The position numbers and the translations under genes are program-made. This document shows, in pieces, positions 17,431 through 26,697 of a stretch of 64,000 nt of DNA; within the stretch, counting starts at the first letter, position 1; the number at the start of each line of letters is the position of its first letter. The stretch comes from Candidatus Omnitrophota bacterium. Its GTDB lineage: Bacteria; Omnitrophota; Gorgyraeia; Zapsychrales; JAHFFX01. The notes below the pieces were generated by a model, which ran no database searches, was not told the DNA's origin, and was given only the letters and a program-made list of their open reading frames with translations. The DNA lies in NCBI GenBank assembly GCA_023247725.1, contig JAHFFW010000012.1, positions 1,833-65,832 on the forward strand. The letters are read 5' to 3'.

Positions 17431-20400
17431 ATGAAAGTCCTCAAAATTTTTCTCATGATCTTCCTGGCCCTGGTCATCCTCATCGGCGCCGGGGTTTATA
17501 TCCTCGTTAAGACCTTCAAGATCGAACGCTACAAGCCGCAGATCTTGGCCGCCGCGGAAAAGGCCCTTGCGCGCAAGGTTGACTTCAAAGATATTCTCCT
17601 CGACATCAATTGGTCCCAGGGGATCAACATCCAATTGCAAGATTTGGTCATCAAGGACCATCCGGTTTTCCAGGAGGGACGCCTCTTACGGGTCCCGGAA
17701 TTATCCATGGGTGTCGATGTATTCGCTTATTTGATGACAAGGCAGATCGCGATCCATAAAGTTAAAATTTCTGCCGTCGAGTTAACCCTCATCCGTGATG
17801 CGCAGGGTCGCATAAATATTTTAACCCTGGGACAGGAGCCTGCACCTGTGCCTGTTTCTCCGGGGCCAACTTCATCAGAACCGGCTGCGCCCGCTGCGGA
17901 ATCTTCATCGCAACCTGCCGTCTCTGCATCATCGATTTCTCCGGCAACGTCATCCGGTCAGCCTCTAGCACCTAAGCCCGCCGCTCTTCCTTCGATCTAT
18001 ATTGATGAGATAAGCCTGGACAACGGAACGATCACTTATGTGGATCGCAGCCGGCCAACGGAGCTGGGGTTCTCGATCACTCAAATTGATGCTTTGATCA
18101 AACGATTTTCTTTGTCCGGTCCATTTTCGGTTGACCTGCAGGCAGCGCTTTTGACCGGAAAGAAAAATTTTTCGCTTAAAGGGACTGTTCAATGGAACCA
18201 GAACACCAGTGAAATCAAATTGAAAGAAACCGACCTGGCAACCGATCTGGCCCAGGAAGTTTGGGAGAAGCTCCGCTTTGCCCTGGGAGGTTTTATCAAA
18301 TCGGCTTTGCCCGCGATTGCCAACGGCCAATTCTCGACGCACATCAAGGAAATGATCGTCGGACCAGATGGTTTAAAGAAAGCTAATCTGGAGGCTTCCC
18401 TCTCCAACGGGAATCTGCAATTTCGTGATGCGGCCCCGGGTGTTTCACTGGAAGCCTCGCACATCAATGTCAGTCTTAAAAATTTTTCTTTGGATGGACC
18501 TTTCCAATTCGAGGCCTCCTTAGGAATTTTTTCGCCGCAGCCCAATGTGCAGATCCTGGGCACAGGTCGGTTGAATCTTCCCGAGGGTGCATTCTCCTTG
18601 CAGGATACGGTGGTCAAAACGGATCTGGGTCAGTGGCCGCTGGAAAAAATTCAACAATCCCTGACTGTTTTGTCTCAAATGCCTTTGCCACAGACGCTGC
18701 AGGGCCAGCTGCAAATCGATTTGAAAAATCTTTTGGTCAATCCCGCTGGTCTTAAAACGATGAAAGTCGATGCCCAATGGAACAACGGAGTCTTTGTTGC
18801 CAGCGATCTTGCCCCGGGAATTTCCGTCGAGGCACAAGCTATTGGGTTAAAACTGAATAATTTTTCTTTGGCTGGCGAGCCATTTGGCTTTTTAGTCTCC
18901 GGCGCATTATTTGGAAAGGACCCTAATTTTTCTGCCGGTGGAACTGCGGCGGTTGATCTTGAGGGAAAATGGGAGACCCTGGCCAATACTCAGATCGTGA
19001 TCGATCTGGGGCTTTTGCCTTTGAAAAAAATCCAGGCCCATATCGCTGATCTGCAGCCCATTCCCCTGCCGCAGGTCTTGCAGGGAAAAATGGCCGCGGA
19101 GATTAAAGAAGCCTCGCTGGGAGCCGCGGGCCTGGAAAAATTGCTGGCGAGTCTCAAATGGTCCGACGGAAAGATTGTCATGAATCAAGTTCAGCCGAAT
19201 ATTTCCCTCGCCGCGGATAAAGTGAAGTTCGAGCTTGTGAATTTCTCGCTGGGCCAGGAACCCTGCAGTTTCGTTTTCGAAGGCGGTTTATTTTCAGAGC
19301 AGCCTAATCTTTATGCCGATGCCACGCTGGCGTTGGATCAGAAAACCAAGACCATCAAGATGACCGATGCGCATCTGGCTTCGGATCTCGCGTTATGGCC
19401 CTTGGAAACGCTGCGGCAAGCCATCGGTCCTTTGCAAAGTCTGCCATTTCCTAAAGAATTAAAAGGCAAACTCAGCGCCGAAATCAAGGAGATGATCGCA
19501 GATCCATCCGGCTTGCAGACCCTGGTCATGGACGGTCAAATTCAAGACGGAAGGATTTATTTTCCGAATATAGCGCCGGGGTTGACGCTCGAGGCCGCGA
19601 ACATCATTTTGGATGCCAAGGATTTGTCGATCAACGGGGATCCTTTCAAATTTGTTTTTCAGGGGGCGCTTTATGGTGAACGCACGAATCTCTATGCGGA
19701 AGGTCTCATGGGTTTGAATTTGAAAGGCCAAACCATTTCCTTGAAAAATATGGATGTTTCCTCGGACCTGGCGCTTGTTCCCGTCGGAAAAATTCGGGAA
19801 TCGGTCGCAGCCCTCAAAGGAGTTCCTTTTCCAGAGAATTTAAAAGGCAAATTGGACCTGGCGGTCAAGGAATTGACCGCGGGTCCCAAAGGCTTAAGTG
19901 TTTTGCATCTGGATGCGGATCTGACCGATGGCGCGATGGAGTGGCCAGAGCTCATTCAAGGATTTTCTTTGCATGCATCGCACGCGAATGTGAAATTGCT
20001 GGGTCTGGATCTATCCGGCGCGCCGTTTCGTTTTGGCGTCAAGGCGGCGGTCTTTGGCGATAAGCCCAACGTCGTTGTGAATGGAACGGCAACCCTCGAT
20101 CTGGCGTCGCAGAATATTTCTTTATCCCAAACTCAACTGAAGGCGGATCTGGCAAAAATTTCCCCTGACGAGATTCGCTCGGCGTGGGCAGGTCTCAAGG
20201 ATGTGGTCTTGCCCGCCGAGTTGGGTGGGTTGCTCACGGTTGATGTGAGTGACTTGCAAGCTTCTGCGATGGGCATCGCTTCCTTAAATTTAAAAAGCAC
20301 TTTAACCGACGGCCATTTGAAACATCCCCTGCTTTTATTGCCAGTCGATCCCATTGCCATGGACCTGGACGCAACGGCGCAAAATTTGAATCTGAATAAT

Positions 20401-21276
20401 TTGTCTTTTCAAATCGGCGAGGGCACGATTCAGGCGAAAGGCCAGGTTCAAGATTATTTAGGAAAACAGATTTATTCCGCCGACGTCCTGGCCAGGAACA
20501 TCGATGTCAAAAAAATTGTGGACCAGAGCCAGCAGCCGGTCAAACTCGAAGGAACGATCGAAGGGCAATATCAGATTTCCGGCGAAGGATTTGATCCGAA
20601 AAAAATTTCCGAAACACTTTCCGGCATTGGCCAGATTCAAGTGAAAGACAGCGTCCTTAGGGACATCAATGTCTTAAAAGAAATTCTGAACAAGCTCACG
20701 ATGTTCCCGAAACTGGAAGAAAAAATCCAAGCCTCTGGCTTGCCCCAGGATTATCAAAAGACCCTTCAACAAAAAGACACGATCCTCGAGCAGGTTCAAT
20801 TTGATTCCAGGCTCGCCAACGGATCGCTCGTGATCAATCCGGCCCAGATTGTCGCCGAGGGTTTTTCCTTGCGCGGAGACGGTAAAATCGGATTGGACCA
20901 ATCGGTGGCCATGTCCGCCGCTTTTTTGATGGCGCCGGATCTCTCCGAGGCGATCATCCAGGCTGAACCGGAATTCCAATTCCTCATGAATGCCAAAGGC
21001 GAAATTCAATTTCCGGTTAAAATTGGTGGGACGCTTTCAAAGATTGCCATCGCCCCGGACATCCAGTACATCATGCGCACCGCCATTGAGAATCGGGGGA
21101 AACAGGAGCTGCAAAAAGTGATTCAAAAGGCGTTGGGAATCGAGAGTCCTTCCACACCTTCTGAACCGGCTCCACCCTCAACCGAAGGCGGGACCAATGA
21201 ACCCGCTCCCGAGGAAAAAAAATCCTCGCCGCAGAAAATCATCGGAGACATCCTCGAGGGCATCTTTAGCCACTAA
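17431..21276 (+). CDS. AsmA-family giant protein (1281 aa) with roughly seven internal tandem repeats of ~115 aa and a Pro/Ser-rich linker.
   Basis: N-terminal TM anchor followed by an AsmA-like region (KIERYKPQILAAAEKAL...VPELSMGVD). Repeated LxxxPxxLxGKLxxExK / NFSLxGxPF blocks. AsmA_2-like C-terminus. Confidence 0.65.
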   Translation: MKVLKIFLMIFLALVILIGAGVYILVKTFKIERYKPQILAAAEKALARKVDFKDILLDINWSQGINIQLQDLVIKDHPVFQEGRLLRVPELSMGVDVFAYLMTRQIAIHKVKISAVELTLIRDAQGRINILTLGQEPAPVPVSPGPTSSEPAAPAAESSSQPAVSASSISPATSSGQPLAPKPAALPSIYIDEISLDNGTITYVDRSRPTELGFSITQIDALIKRFSLSGPFSVDLQAALLTGKKNFSLKGTVQWNQNTSEIKLKETDLATDLAQEVWEKLRFALGGFIKSALPAIANGQFSTHIKEMIVGPDGLKKANLEASLSNGNLQFRDAAPGVSLEASHINVSLKNFSLDGPFQFEASLGIFSPQPNVQILGTGRLNLPEGAFSLQDTVVKTDLGQWPLEKIQQSLTVLSQMPLPQTLQGQLQIDLKNLLVNPAGLKTMKVDAQWNNGVFVASDLAPGISVEAQAIGLKLNNFSLAGEPFGFLVSGALFGKDPNFSAGGTAAVDLEGKWETLANTQIVIDLGLLPLKKIQAHIADLQPIPLPQVLQGKMAAEIKEASLGAAGLEKLLASLKWSDGKIVMNQVQPNISLAADKVKFELVNFSLGQEPCSFVFEGGLFSEQPNLYADATLALDQKTKTIKMTDAHLASDLALWPLETLRQAIGPLQSLPFPKELKGKLSAEIKEMIADPSGLQTLVMDGQIQDGRIYFPNIAPGLTLEAANIILDAKDLSINGDPFKFVFQGALYGERTNLYAEGLMGLNLKGQTISLKNMDVSSDLALVPVGKIRESVAALKGVPFPENLKGKLDLAVKELTAGPKGLSVLHLDADLTDGAMEWPELIQGFSLHASHANVKLLGLDLSGAPFRFGVKAAVFGDKPNVVVNGTATLDLASQNISLSQTQLKADLAKISPDEIRSAWAGLKDVVLPAELGGLLTVDVSDLQASAMGIASLNLKSTLTDGHLKHPLLLLPVDPIAMDLDATAQNLNLNNLSFQIGEGTIQAKGQVQDYLGKQIYSADVLARNIDVKKIVDQSQQPVKLEGTIEGQYQISGEGFDPKKISETLSGIGQIQVKDSVLRDINVLKEILNKLTMFPKLEEKIQASGLPQDYQKTLQQKDTILEQVQFDSRLANGSLVINPAQIVAEGFSLRGDGKIGLDQSVAMSAAFLMAPDLSEAIIQAEPEFQFLMNAKGEIQFPVKIGGTLSKIAIAPDIQYIMRTAIENRGKQELQKVIQKALGIESPSTPSEPAPPSTEGGTNEPAPEEKKSSPQKIIGDILEGIFSH

Positions 21277-21278
21277 TC

Positions 21279-22913
21279 ATGGAATCTCCCATTGCCATCA
21301 AAGTCACCGGTCTAGGCAAGACATTCCAGTCCCAAAGCGAAACGGGAAGAAAAATCAAGGCCCTCGACGGGATTAGTCTGGATATTTACGAAGGCGAGAT
21401 TCTAGGGATTCTGGGTCCCAATGGTGCCGGCAAAACGACCTTTCTCAATATTCTGTCTACCTTATTATTGCCTGACCGTGGGGCCATTGAGATTCTGGGC
21501 CTTAAGTTCATCCCTAAAAATTTTTCCCGCATCCGGCGACTGCTCAATATGTCATCGGGCTACCCCAATTATCCCTGGTGCATGACGGTGGAAGAAAATC
21601 TGCGTTTCTACGGACGGCTTTACGGTCTGGCCACGCCGCAGCTTAACCGTCGGGTGCCGGAATTGATTGACATGTTTCAACTCTCGGAGTATGCCCGGAT
21701 GCGCTTTGACGAACTTTCCAGTGGTAATAAACAACGGCTGTCCCTGGCCAAGGCCCTCATCAATGATCCGCGGGTTTTGTTTCTGGACGAGCCTACGGTT
21801 GGTCTCGATCCCGATGTGGCGGCACGCACTCGCGAGATCATCCGTCGGATTTTGAAAGATCTCAGGGTCACGGTTTTATTCACCACGCATGACATGCGCG
21901 AGGCCGAACTCCTTTGTCAGCGGATCGCGTTTCTTAAACAGGGCAAGATGGTCAAGCTGGCCACTCCCGAAGAACTCAAGCGTTCCCACGGCAAAAAGGA
22001 TTTGGAAGAGGTTTTTATTGAGTTAGCGCGCCAGTCGAAACCGGAAGAAACGCTCGAGGTGGTCCAGATTTCCCCGCATCCCGACGGAATTGTCCGGGCC
22101 AGCGTTGTTCCGGAATCCCTCATCTTCGCCACGTGGCAATGGGTGAACCGGTGCCTGGCCTTTACGTACCGGAATTTTTTATTTGCCATTCGCAATGTCT
22201 TCGCCTTTGTGGAATTGGTGTTCTGGCCTCTGGTGACGCTCATTTCCATTGGCCTCATGGGGGATTATTTGCGTTTGCAGTCACAAGCCTTTGCCTTCAT
22301 TCTGACCGGGGCCATCACCGGCGGGGTTTTACAGGTCACTCAACTGGATGTCGCCTACAGCCTTTTGTATGAGGTGTGGTCGAAAAGCATGAAGCATACG
22401 ATGCTGACTCCCGTGGGGGCCAGCGAGCACATGTTCGGTTCGTGGGCCATCGGCATTGTACGGGGGACGATCATTCTCGCCTTGCTGGGAGGCGCCGCGA
22501 ATGTGTTTTTCGGCTTCCATTTTCCCGGGATGGCCATGAGTCTCATTTTCCTCGTCGGCATCTTTGGCTTTGCGTTATTGCTGGGCCTCATGGTGAGTGT
22601 GCTCATTCTCACCTTTGGCCAGAAGGCCGAGATCACGGCCTGGATGTTCGCCTATTTATTTATGCTGCTTTGTGGAATTTATTATCCGGTCCAGACGTTG
22701 CCACCATTTTTTCATGCGCTCGCCCAGTGGATTCCGTTGACGTATTTCTTGGAATATTTCCGTCGGGGATTTGGGTTTGTTCCGTCCTTTGAGCACGGAT
22801 TGACGAAGGGATTTCTTCTGACCATGGCTTATCTCGGATTGGGGATTCTGGCCTTAAAAGGGGCTTTTCACAAGGCCCGGCAAAAGGGCATTATTATTCG
22901 TCTCTCCGAATGA
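21279..22913 (+). CDS. Fused ABC transporter: ATP-binding domain plus ABC-2 permease domain.
   Basis: Walker A GPNGAGKTT, signature LSSGNKQRL, Walker B VLFLDEPT. Six C-terminal TM helices. Confidence 0.8.
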   Translation: MESPIAIKVTGLGKTFQSQSETGRKIKALDGISLDIYEGEILGILGPNGAGKTTFLNILSTLLLPDRGAIEILGLKFIPKNFSRIRRLLNMSSGYPNYPWCMTVEENLRFYGRLYGLATPQLNRRVPELIDMFQLSEYARMRFDELSSGNKQRLSLAKALINDPRVLFLDEPTVGLDPDVAARTREIIRRILKDLRVTVLFTTHDMREAELLCQRIAFLKQGKMVKLATPEELKRSHGKKDLEEVFIELARQSKPEETLEVVQISPHPDGIVRASVVPESLIFATWQWVNRCLAFTYRNFLFAIRNVFAFVELVFWPLVTLISIGLMGDYLRLQSQAFAFILTGAITGGVLQVTQLDVAYSLLYEVWSKSMKHTMLTPVGASEHMFGSWAIGIVRGTIILALLGGAANVFFGFHFPGMAMSLIFLVGIFGFALLLGLMVSVLILTFGQKAEITAWMFAYLFMLLCGIYYPVQTLPPFFHALAQWIPLTYFLEYFRRGFGFVPSFEHGLTKGFLLTMAYLGLGILALKGAFHKARQKGIIIRLSE

Positions 22914-22925
22914 TCCTTCTTAAAC

Positions 22926-22984
22926 CGCGCGGGGGCGGCCCCGCCTTAATTTAAGGCGCGGCGGGGCTGCCCCCGCGCGGTTAT
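22926..22984. repeat. Long imperfect GC-rich palindrome (stem of about 22-26 bp).
   Basis: AACCGCGCGGGGGCGGCCCCGCCTTA-att-TAAGGCGCGGCGGGGCTGCCCCCGCGCGGTT. Confidence 0.55.
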
Positions 22985-23133
22985 CATTTATAGAGAAAGA
23001 TCTTGCAAGATAAAGCCAAGCTAACCGCGAAGAGTCGAAGAATTGAGTTTTGGCTTGCCAAAAGCCAGGCGCAACGATTACAATAAATCCAACTTCAAGA
23101 CAACTCCATTCAGGCCGAGGAACCGGATCCGTC

Positions 23134-23592
23134 ATGGCCCATTTTGACAAGGAAAAGCGCCGTTTCGAACGCTTTAAAACCGACCAGGAAATTTTTTTTA
23201 CCGTCACCTATGAGATCAAAACCAAAATCAATTTTCAATTGATGGAGGCGCAGGCCGATAAAATCCTGCAGCCCAAGTATCCCGCCATCAGCCGCGATGT
23301 CAGCGTCGAGGGTCTTTGTCTCACCAGCCTAAAAGAATTGCAGCCTGGCGATCGATTATTGCTTGAGGTCTATGCCTTGGATAGTCGGGAGCCAACCTAT
23401 ATGCAGGGGGAAGTCCGTTGGTCCAAGAAATTATCCGCGAGGGCGAAAGATAAGGGAACGGTGGATACGGGAATCAAGGTTCTCACCGTCGAGGGACGTC
23501 ATGTGGAGGAGACGTTTTATCGTGACGAAAACCAACAAGTGGTTTGGAGCGGAGTTTTAGAAGCGGTTTTGGGAAGCTTTAGGAAAAAGTAA
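23134..23592 (+). CDS. PilZ domain protein, paralogue 1.
   Basis: RRFER (RxxxR) and DVSVEGL (DxSxxG) c-di-GMP-binding motifs. About 40% identical to 24785-25246. Confidence 0.6.
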   Translation: MAHFDKEKRRFERFKTDQEIFFTVTYEIKTKINFQLMEAQADKILQPKYPAISRDVSVEGLCLTSLKELQPGDRLLLEVYALDSREPTYMQGEVRWSKKLSARAKDKGTVDTGIKVLTVEGRHVEETFYRDENQQVVWSGVLEAVLGSFRKK

Positions 23593-23676
23593 ATGGTGGC
23601 TCGGGGCACGTGACTAGTTGACTGTTTTATATCATACAATTTCGAAAACAAGCCGACGAGACCCGGGCCACGGGTC

Positions 23677-23940
23677 ATGAGACACCCAAAAGAAATAACC
23701 ATGGAATACACCGCCGAAGTTCTTCAAGAAACCGTCAAAAAATCATTCGCCCAAGCCGATCATCTTTATGTGATGGAAACCCTCAACATGTATGGCGTCG
23801 AGCCAGGCGAGCTTGAGCGAGTCAAAGTCCAACTGGCCATCCTCAAATTGTGCGATTGCGATTTGGATCGACTCATGCATTATGTCACCCGGGCCAAGCG
23901 TGATTATCGCGACGTCTTATTTGAAGCGGAAAATTTTTAA
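23677..23940 (+). CDS. Hypothetical small cytosolic protein.
   Basis: 87-aa ORF lying between the two PilZ paralogues. An alternative start is MEYTAEV at 23701. Confidence 0.35.
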   Translation: MRHPKEITMEYTAEVLQETVKKSFAQADHLYVMETLNMYGVEPGELERVKVQLAILKLCDCDLDRLMHYVTRAKRDYRDVLFEAENF

Positions 23941-23954
23941 GAAAGCCATTTGAA

Positions 23955-24512
23955 TTGATCATGCGTCGGATCGTTTTTTCCATTTTTGTACTGGTTGTGT
24001 TGGCGGCATTCACGGGCGGTTGCGGCAAAACGCCGGGGTTTCATCGGGGCGATGGTTTCACCGTGAATTTTCCGCCGAGCTGGATTAAAAATAAAGACTG
24101 GGTGGTCGAACCCCGCTTTAATCTCAAATCCAAATTCGAACCCTACAGCGTCACCTATGTGACCCCGGAACAGGATCCGGATACCCTGGAACCTTACGCG
24201 AGCATTTCCATCTATCGGACGAAGCCGGATATGCAAATCTGGCTGGAGGATGAATTCCCGAACATTGTGGACACATTTTATAACAATGGTTATGATGTCT
24301 TGGACAAGGGCGAAGTTAAGATCGATAACCAATTGGCAAAATGGCTCGTTTATCGGGACAATCGAAAAGGCTTACTCAATCTGGAGTTTTATATCGTCAA
24401 CGATAACAATGTGCTTTTTCGGATTCAATACTGTGCCCGCGACGATAAATTTTCCCAGTATCGCCCTTTGTTTGAAGGGGTCAGGGAATCCATCAAGCTG
24501 AACCGTTGGTAA
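23955..24512 (+). CDS. Hypothetical lipoprotein.
   Basis: Signal peptide with lipobox (LAAFTGGC). Confidence 0.5.
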   Translation: MIMRRIVFSIFVLVVLAAFTGGCGKTPGFHRGDGFTVNFPPSWIKNKDWVVEPRFNLKSKFEPYSVTYVTPEQDPDTLEPYASISIYRTKPDMQIWLEDEFPNIVDTFYNNGYDVLDKGEVKIDNQLAKWLVYRDNRKGLLNLEFYIVNDNNVLFRIQYCARDDKFSQYRPLFEGVRESIKLNRW

Positions 24513-24784
24513 TGGGGCGGGAAAATGCCTTTGAGGTGGCTGTGAAGATCATCCTTGAGCATGAAGGGCAAAAGGCAACAGTCGAAGACGAAACCGTCCA
24601 TGACATCACGGAGGCGCTGGATCTTCTGGAATTGGCCCTCATCAAGGTGGGCTTCGAGCGCCGGCGAGGATAGGCGCGCGGCTTATCGATTCAAGGCCAG
24701 TCAAGGGGAGCAATAGAGCTTTCGTTATTTTTTAAAAAGAAAATTTAAGCCAAAACTAAAATTACTAAAAGCAGGAGGGCGGCC

Positions 24785-25246
24785 GTGGTCGATTTTGAAG
24801 AAAAGCGGAAATTCGACCGTTTACCAATCGGGACGGATGTCTTTTTTAAACTCATTTTTGATATCAAAACCCAAGTCAATTTTCAGGTCATTGATAAGGA
24901 TTTGAACAAAGCCCTGTCGCGCAAATATCTGGCCCTGAGCAAGAATGTCAGTGTCGAAGGATTATGTTTTAGCTGCCTGAAAAAACTCGAGGAGGGGGAC
25001 ATGCTTCTTTTGGAAGTCGTGTCGCCCGTATTGAAAAAATCGATTCCGATGAAAGGACAAGTCCGCTGGTCGCGGAAAATCACCCCGCCGGAATTTGATG
25101 ATAACAAGTTTGATACGGGCATTCGAATTTTGGAAATCAACGGCCGTTCGATGGATGACACATTGGTTCAGGATGAGGAAAAAAAGATCATCTGGAGCGG
25201 TCTCTTGGAATCCATGCTGGGCAGTTATGACTCGAACAAAGGCTAA
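24785..25246 (+). CDS. PilZ domain protein, paralogue 2.
   Basis: GTG start after an AGGAGGG RBS. RKFDR and NVSVEGL motifs. Shares GQVRWSRK, DTGI and IWSGLLE blocks with paralogue 1. Confidence 0.6.
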   Translation: MVDFEEKRKFDRLPIGTDVFFKLIFDIKTQVNFQVIDKDLNKALSRKYLALSKNVSVEGLCFSCLKKLEEGDMLLLEVVSPVLKKSIPMKGQVRWSRKITPPEFDDNKFDTGIRILEINGRSMDDTLVQDEEKKIIWSGLLESMLGSYDSNKG

Positions 25247-25329
25247 TACAGTAAAAGAAACATTCTTTAAGTTTTTGGCGACGAACCCAACTGAACGCCG
25301 ATTTCACAAATTCCGCTGTTTAAAGACGC

Positions 25330-26697
25330 ATGACTGAGAAATCATCCCTCGATTCCTTACGCGAAGCCCTCCAAGGCTCTCCCGACAACATTCCTCTGTT
25401 AAAAATGTTCGCTCAGGCCTGCCTCGACCATTGGTCGTTGCCCGAGGCAAGGCAGGCCTATGAGCGGATCCTCCAATTGCGTCCCGACGATCCGCAGGCA
25501 AAAATTGGGATCGCCTGGATTCTTTTCAAAATGGGAAAAACTTCCGAAGCCTCGGTTCGGGTGGAGTCCATCGTTCAGGCGCATCCGGATTTTGCGCCGG
25601 GCTGGCTTTTGGCGAGCAAGCTCGCCTTTAGCGAGGGGAATCTCGAACAAGCTAAACAGAGTTATGGGAAAGCCAAAGAACTTGATCCGACCGTTTACGA
25701 TGAGGCCCTTCAAATAAAATTTGCGCCAGAGACCAACCGGGAACATCAAACCGTCGAATTGCTCAATGCCGCCAATGGTTGGACCGCCAATGAGAACTCT
25801 TCTCGCGGCTCGGATGACTCTCTGGAAGATTTAATGGAACAACCGCAGTTGACGTTTAAAGATGTTGGCGGCATGGAGACCATCAAAGAAGAAATCCGGA
25901 TGAAAATCATTTATCCGCAAAAGAATCCGCATTTGTTCAAGGCTTATGGCAAAGGGATGGGAGGAGGGGTGCTTTTGTATGGACCGCCAGGATGCGGCAA
26001 AACCCTTTTGAGCCGCGCCACCGCGGGAGAAATCGAAGCAAATTTCCTTTCCATCGGTCTGCACCAGATTTTGGATATGTACATTGGGAACAGCGAAAAA
26101 AATCTGCATCAGCTGTTTGAACTGGCGCGGATGAATAAGCCGAGCATTTTGTTCATTGATGAAATTGATGCCTTGGCGGCCAATCGCACGGATCTTAAGC
26201 AAAGCGCGGCCCGCACCCTCATCAACCAATTTTTGGCTGAACTCGACGGTGGCGTTCATTCCAATGAAGGAGTTTTGATTTTGGGCGCCACCAATGCGCC
26301 CTGGCATATGGATCCTGCCTTCCGACGGCCCGGGCGTTTTGACCGGATTATTTTTGTCCCCACACCGGATGAAAAGGCGAGGATTGAGATCATTGAATTA
26401 TTGGCCAAGGATAAACCGGTGGCGCAGCTCGATGCCAGGATGCTGGCCAACAAAACCGAAGGGTTTTCCGGGGCCGACCTGCGCGCGGTCTTTGAAACCT
26501 GTGCCGAGGCCGTCTTGTCCCGGGCGCTCAAAGAAAACCGGATTATCCCGATCTCGACGGAAGATTTGTTGCGTAGTGCCCGATCGATGGTTCCTTCCAG
26601 CCGGGCCTGGTTTGAAAGCGCCAAAAACTATGCCCTCTTCGCCAATCAATCCGGTCTTTATGATCCCATCCTGGCCTATTTAGGAATCAAAAAGTGA
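25330..26697 (+). CDS. TPR-repeat protein fused to a classic AAA ATPase domain.
   Basis: N-terminal TPR repeats. Walker A LLYGPPGCGKT, Walker B ILFIDEIDAL, second region of homology GATNAPWHMDPAFRRPGRFD. Confidence 0.75.
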   Translation: MTEKSSLDSLREALQGSPDNIPLLKMFAQACLDHWSLPEARQAYERILQLRPDDPQAKIGIAWILFKMGKTSEASVRVESIVQAHPDFAPGWLLASKLAFSEGNLEQAKQSYGKAKELDPTVYDEALQIKFAPETNREHQTVELLNAANGWTANENSSRGSDDSLEDLMEQPQLTFKDVGGMETIKEEIRMKIIYPQKNPHLFKAYGKGMGGGVLLYGPPGCGKTLLSRATAGEIEANFLSIGLHQILDMYIGNSEKNLHQLFELARMNKPSILFIDEIDALAANRTDLKQSAARTLINQFLAELDGGVHSNEGVLILGATNAPWHMDPAFRRPGRFDRIIFVPTPDEKARIEIIELLAKDKPVAQLDARMLANKTEGFSGADLRAVFETCAEAVLSRALKENRIIPISTEDLLRSARSMVPSSRAWFESAKNYALFANQSGLYDPILAYLGIKK

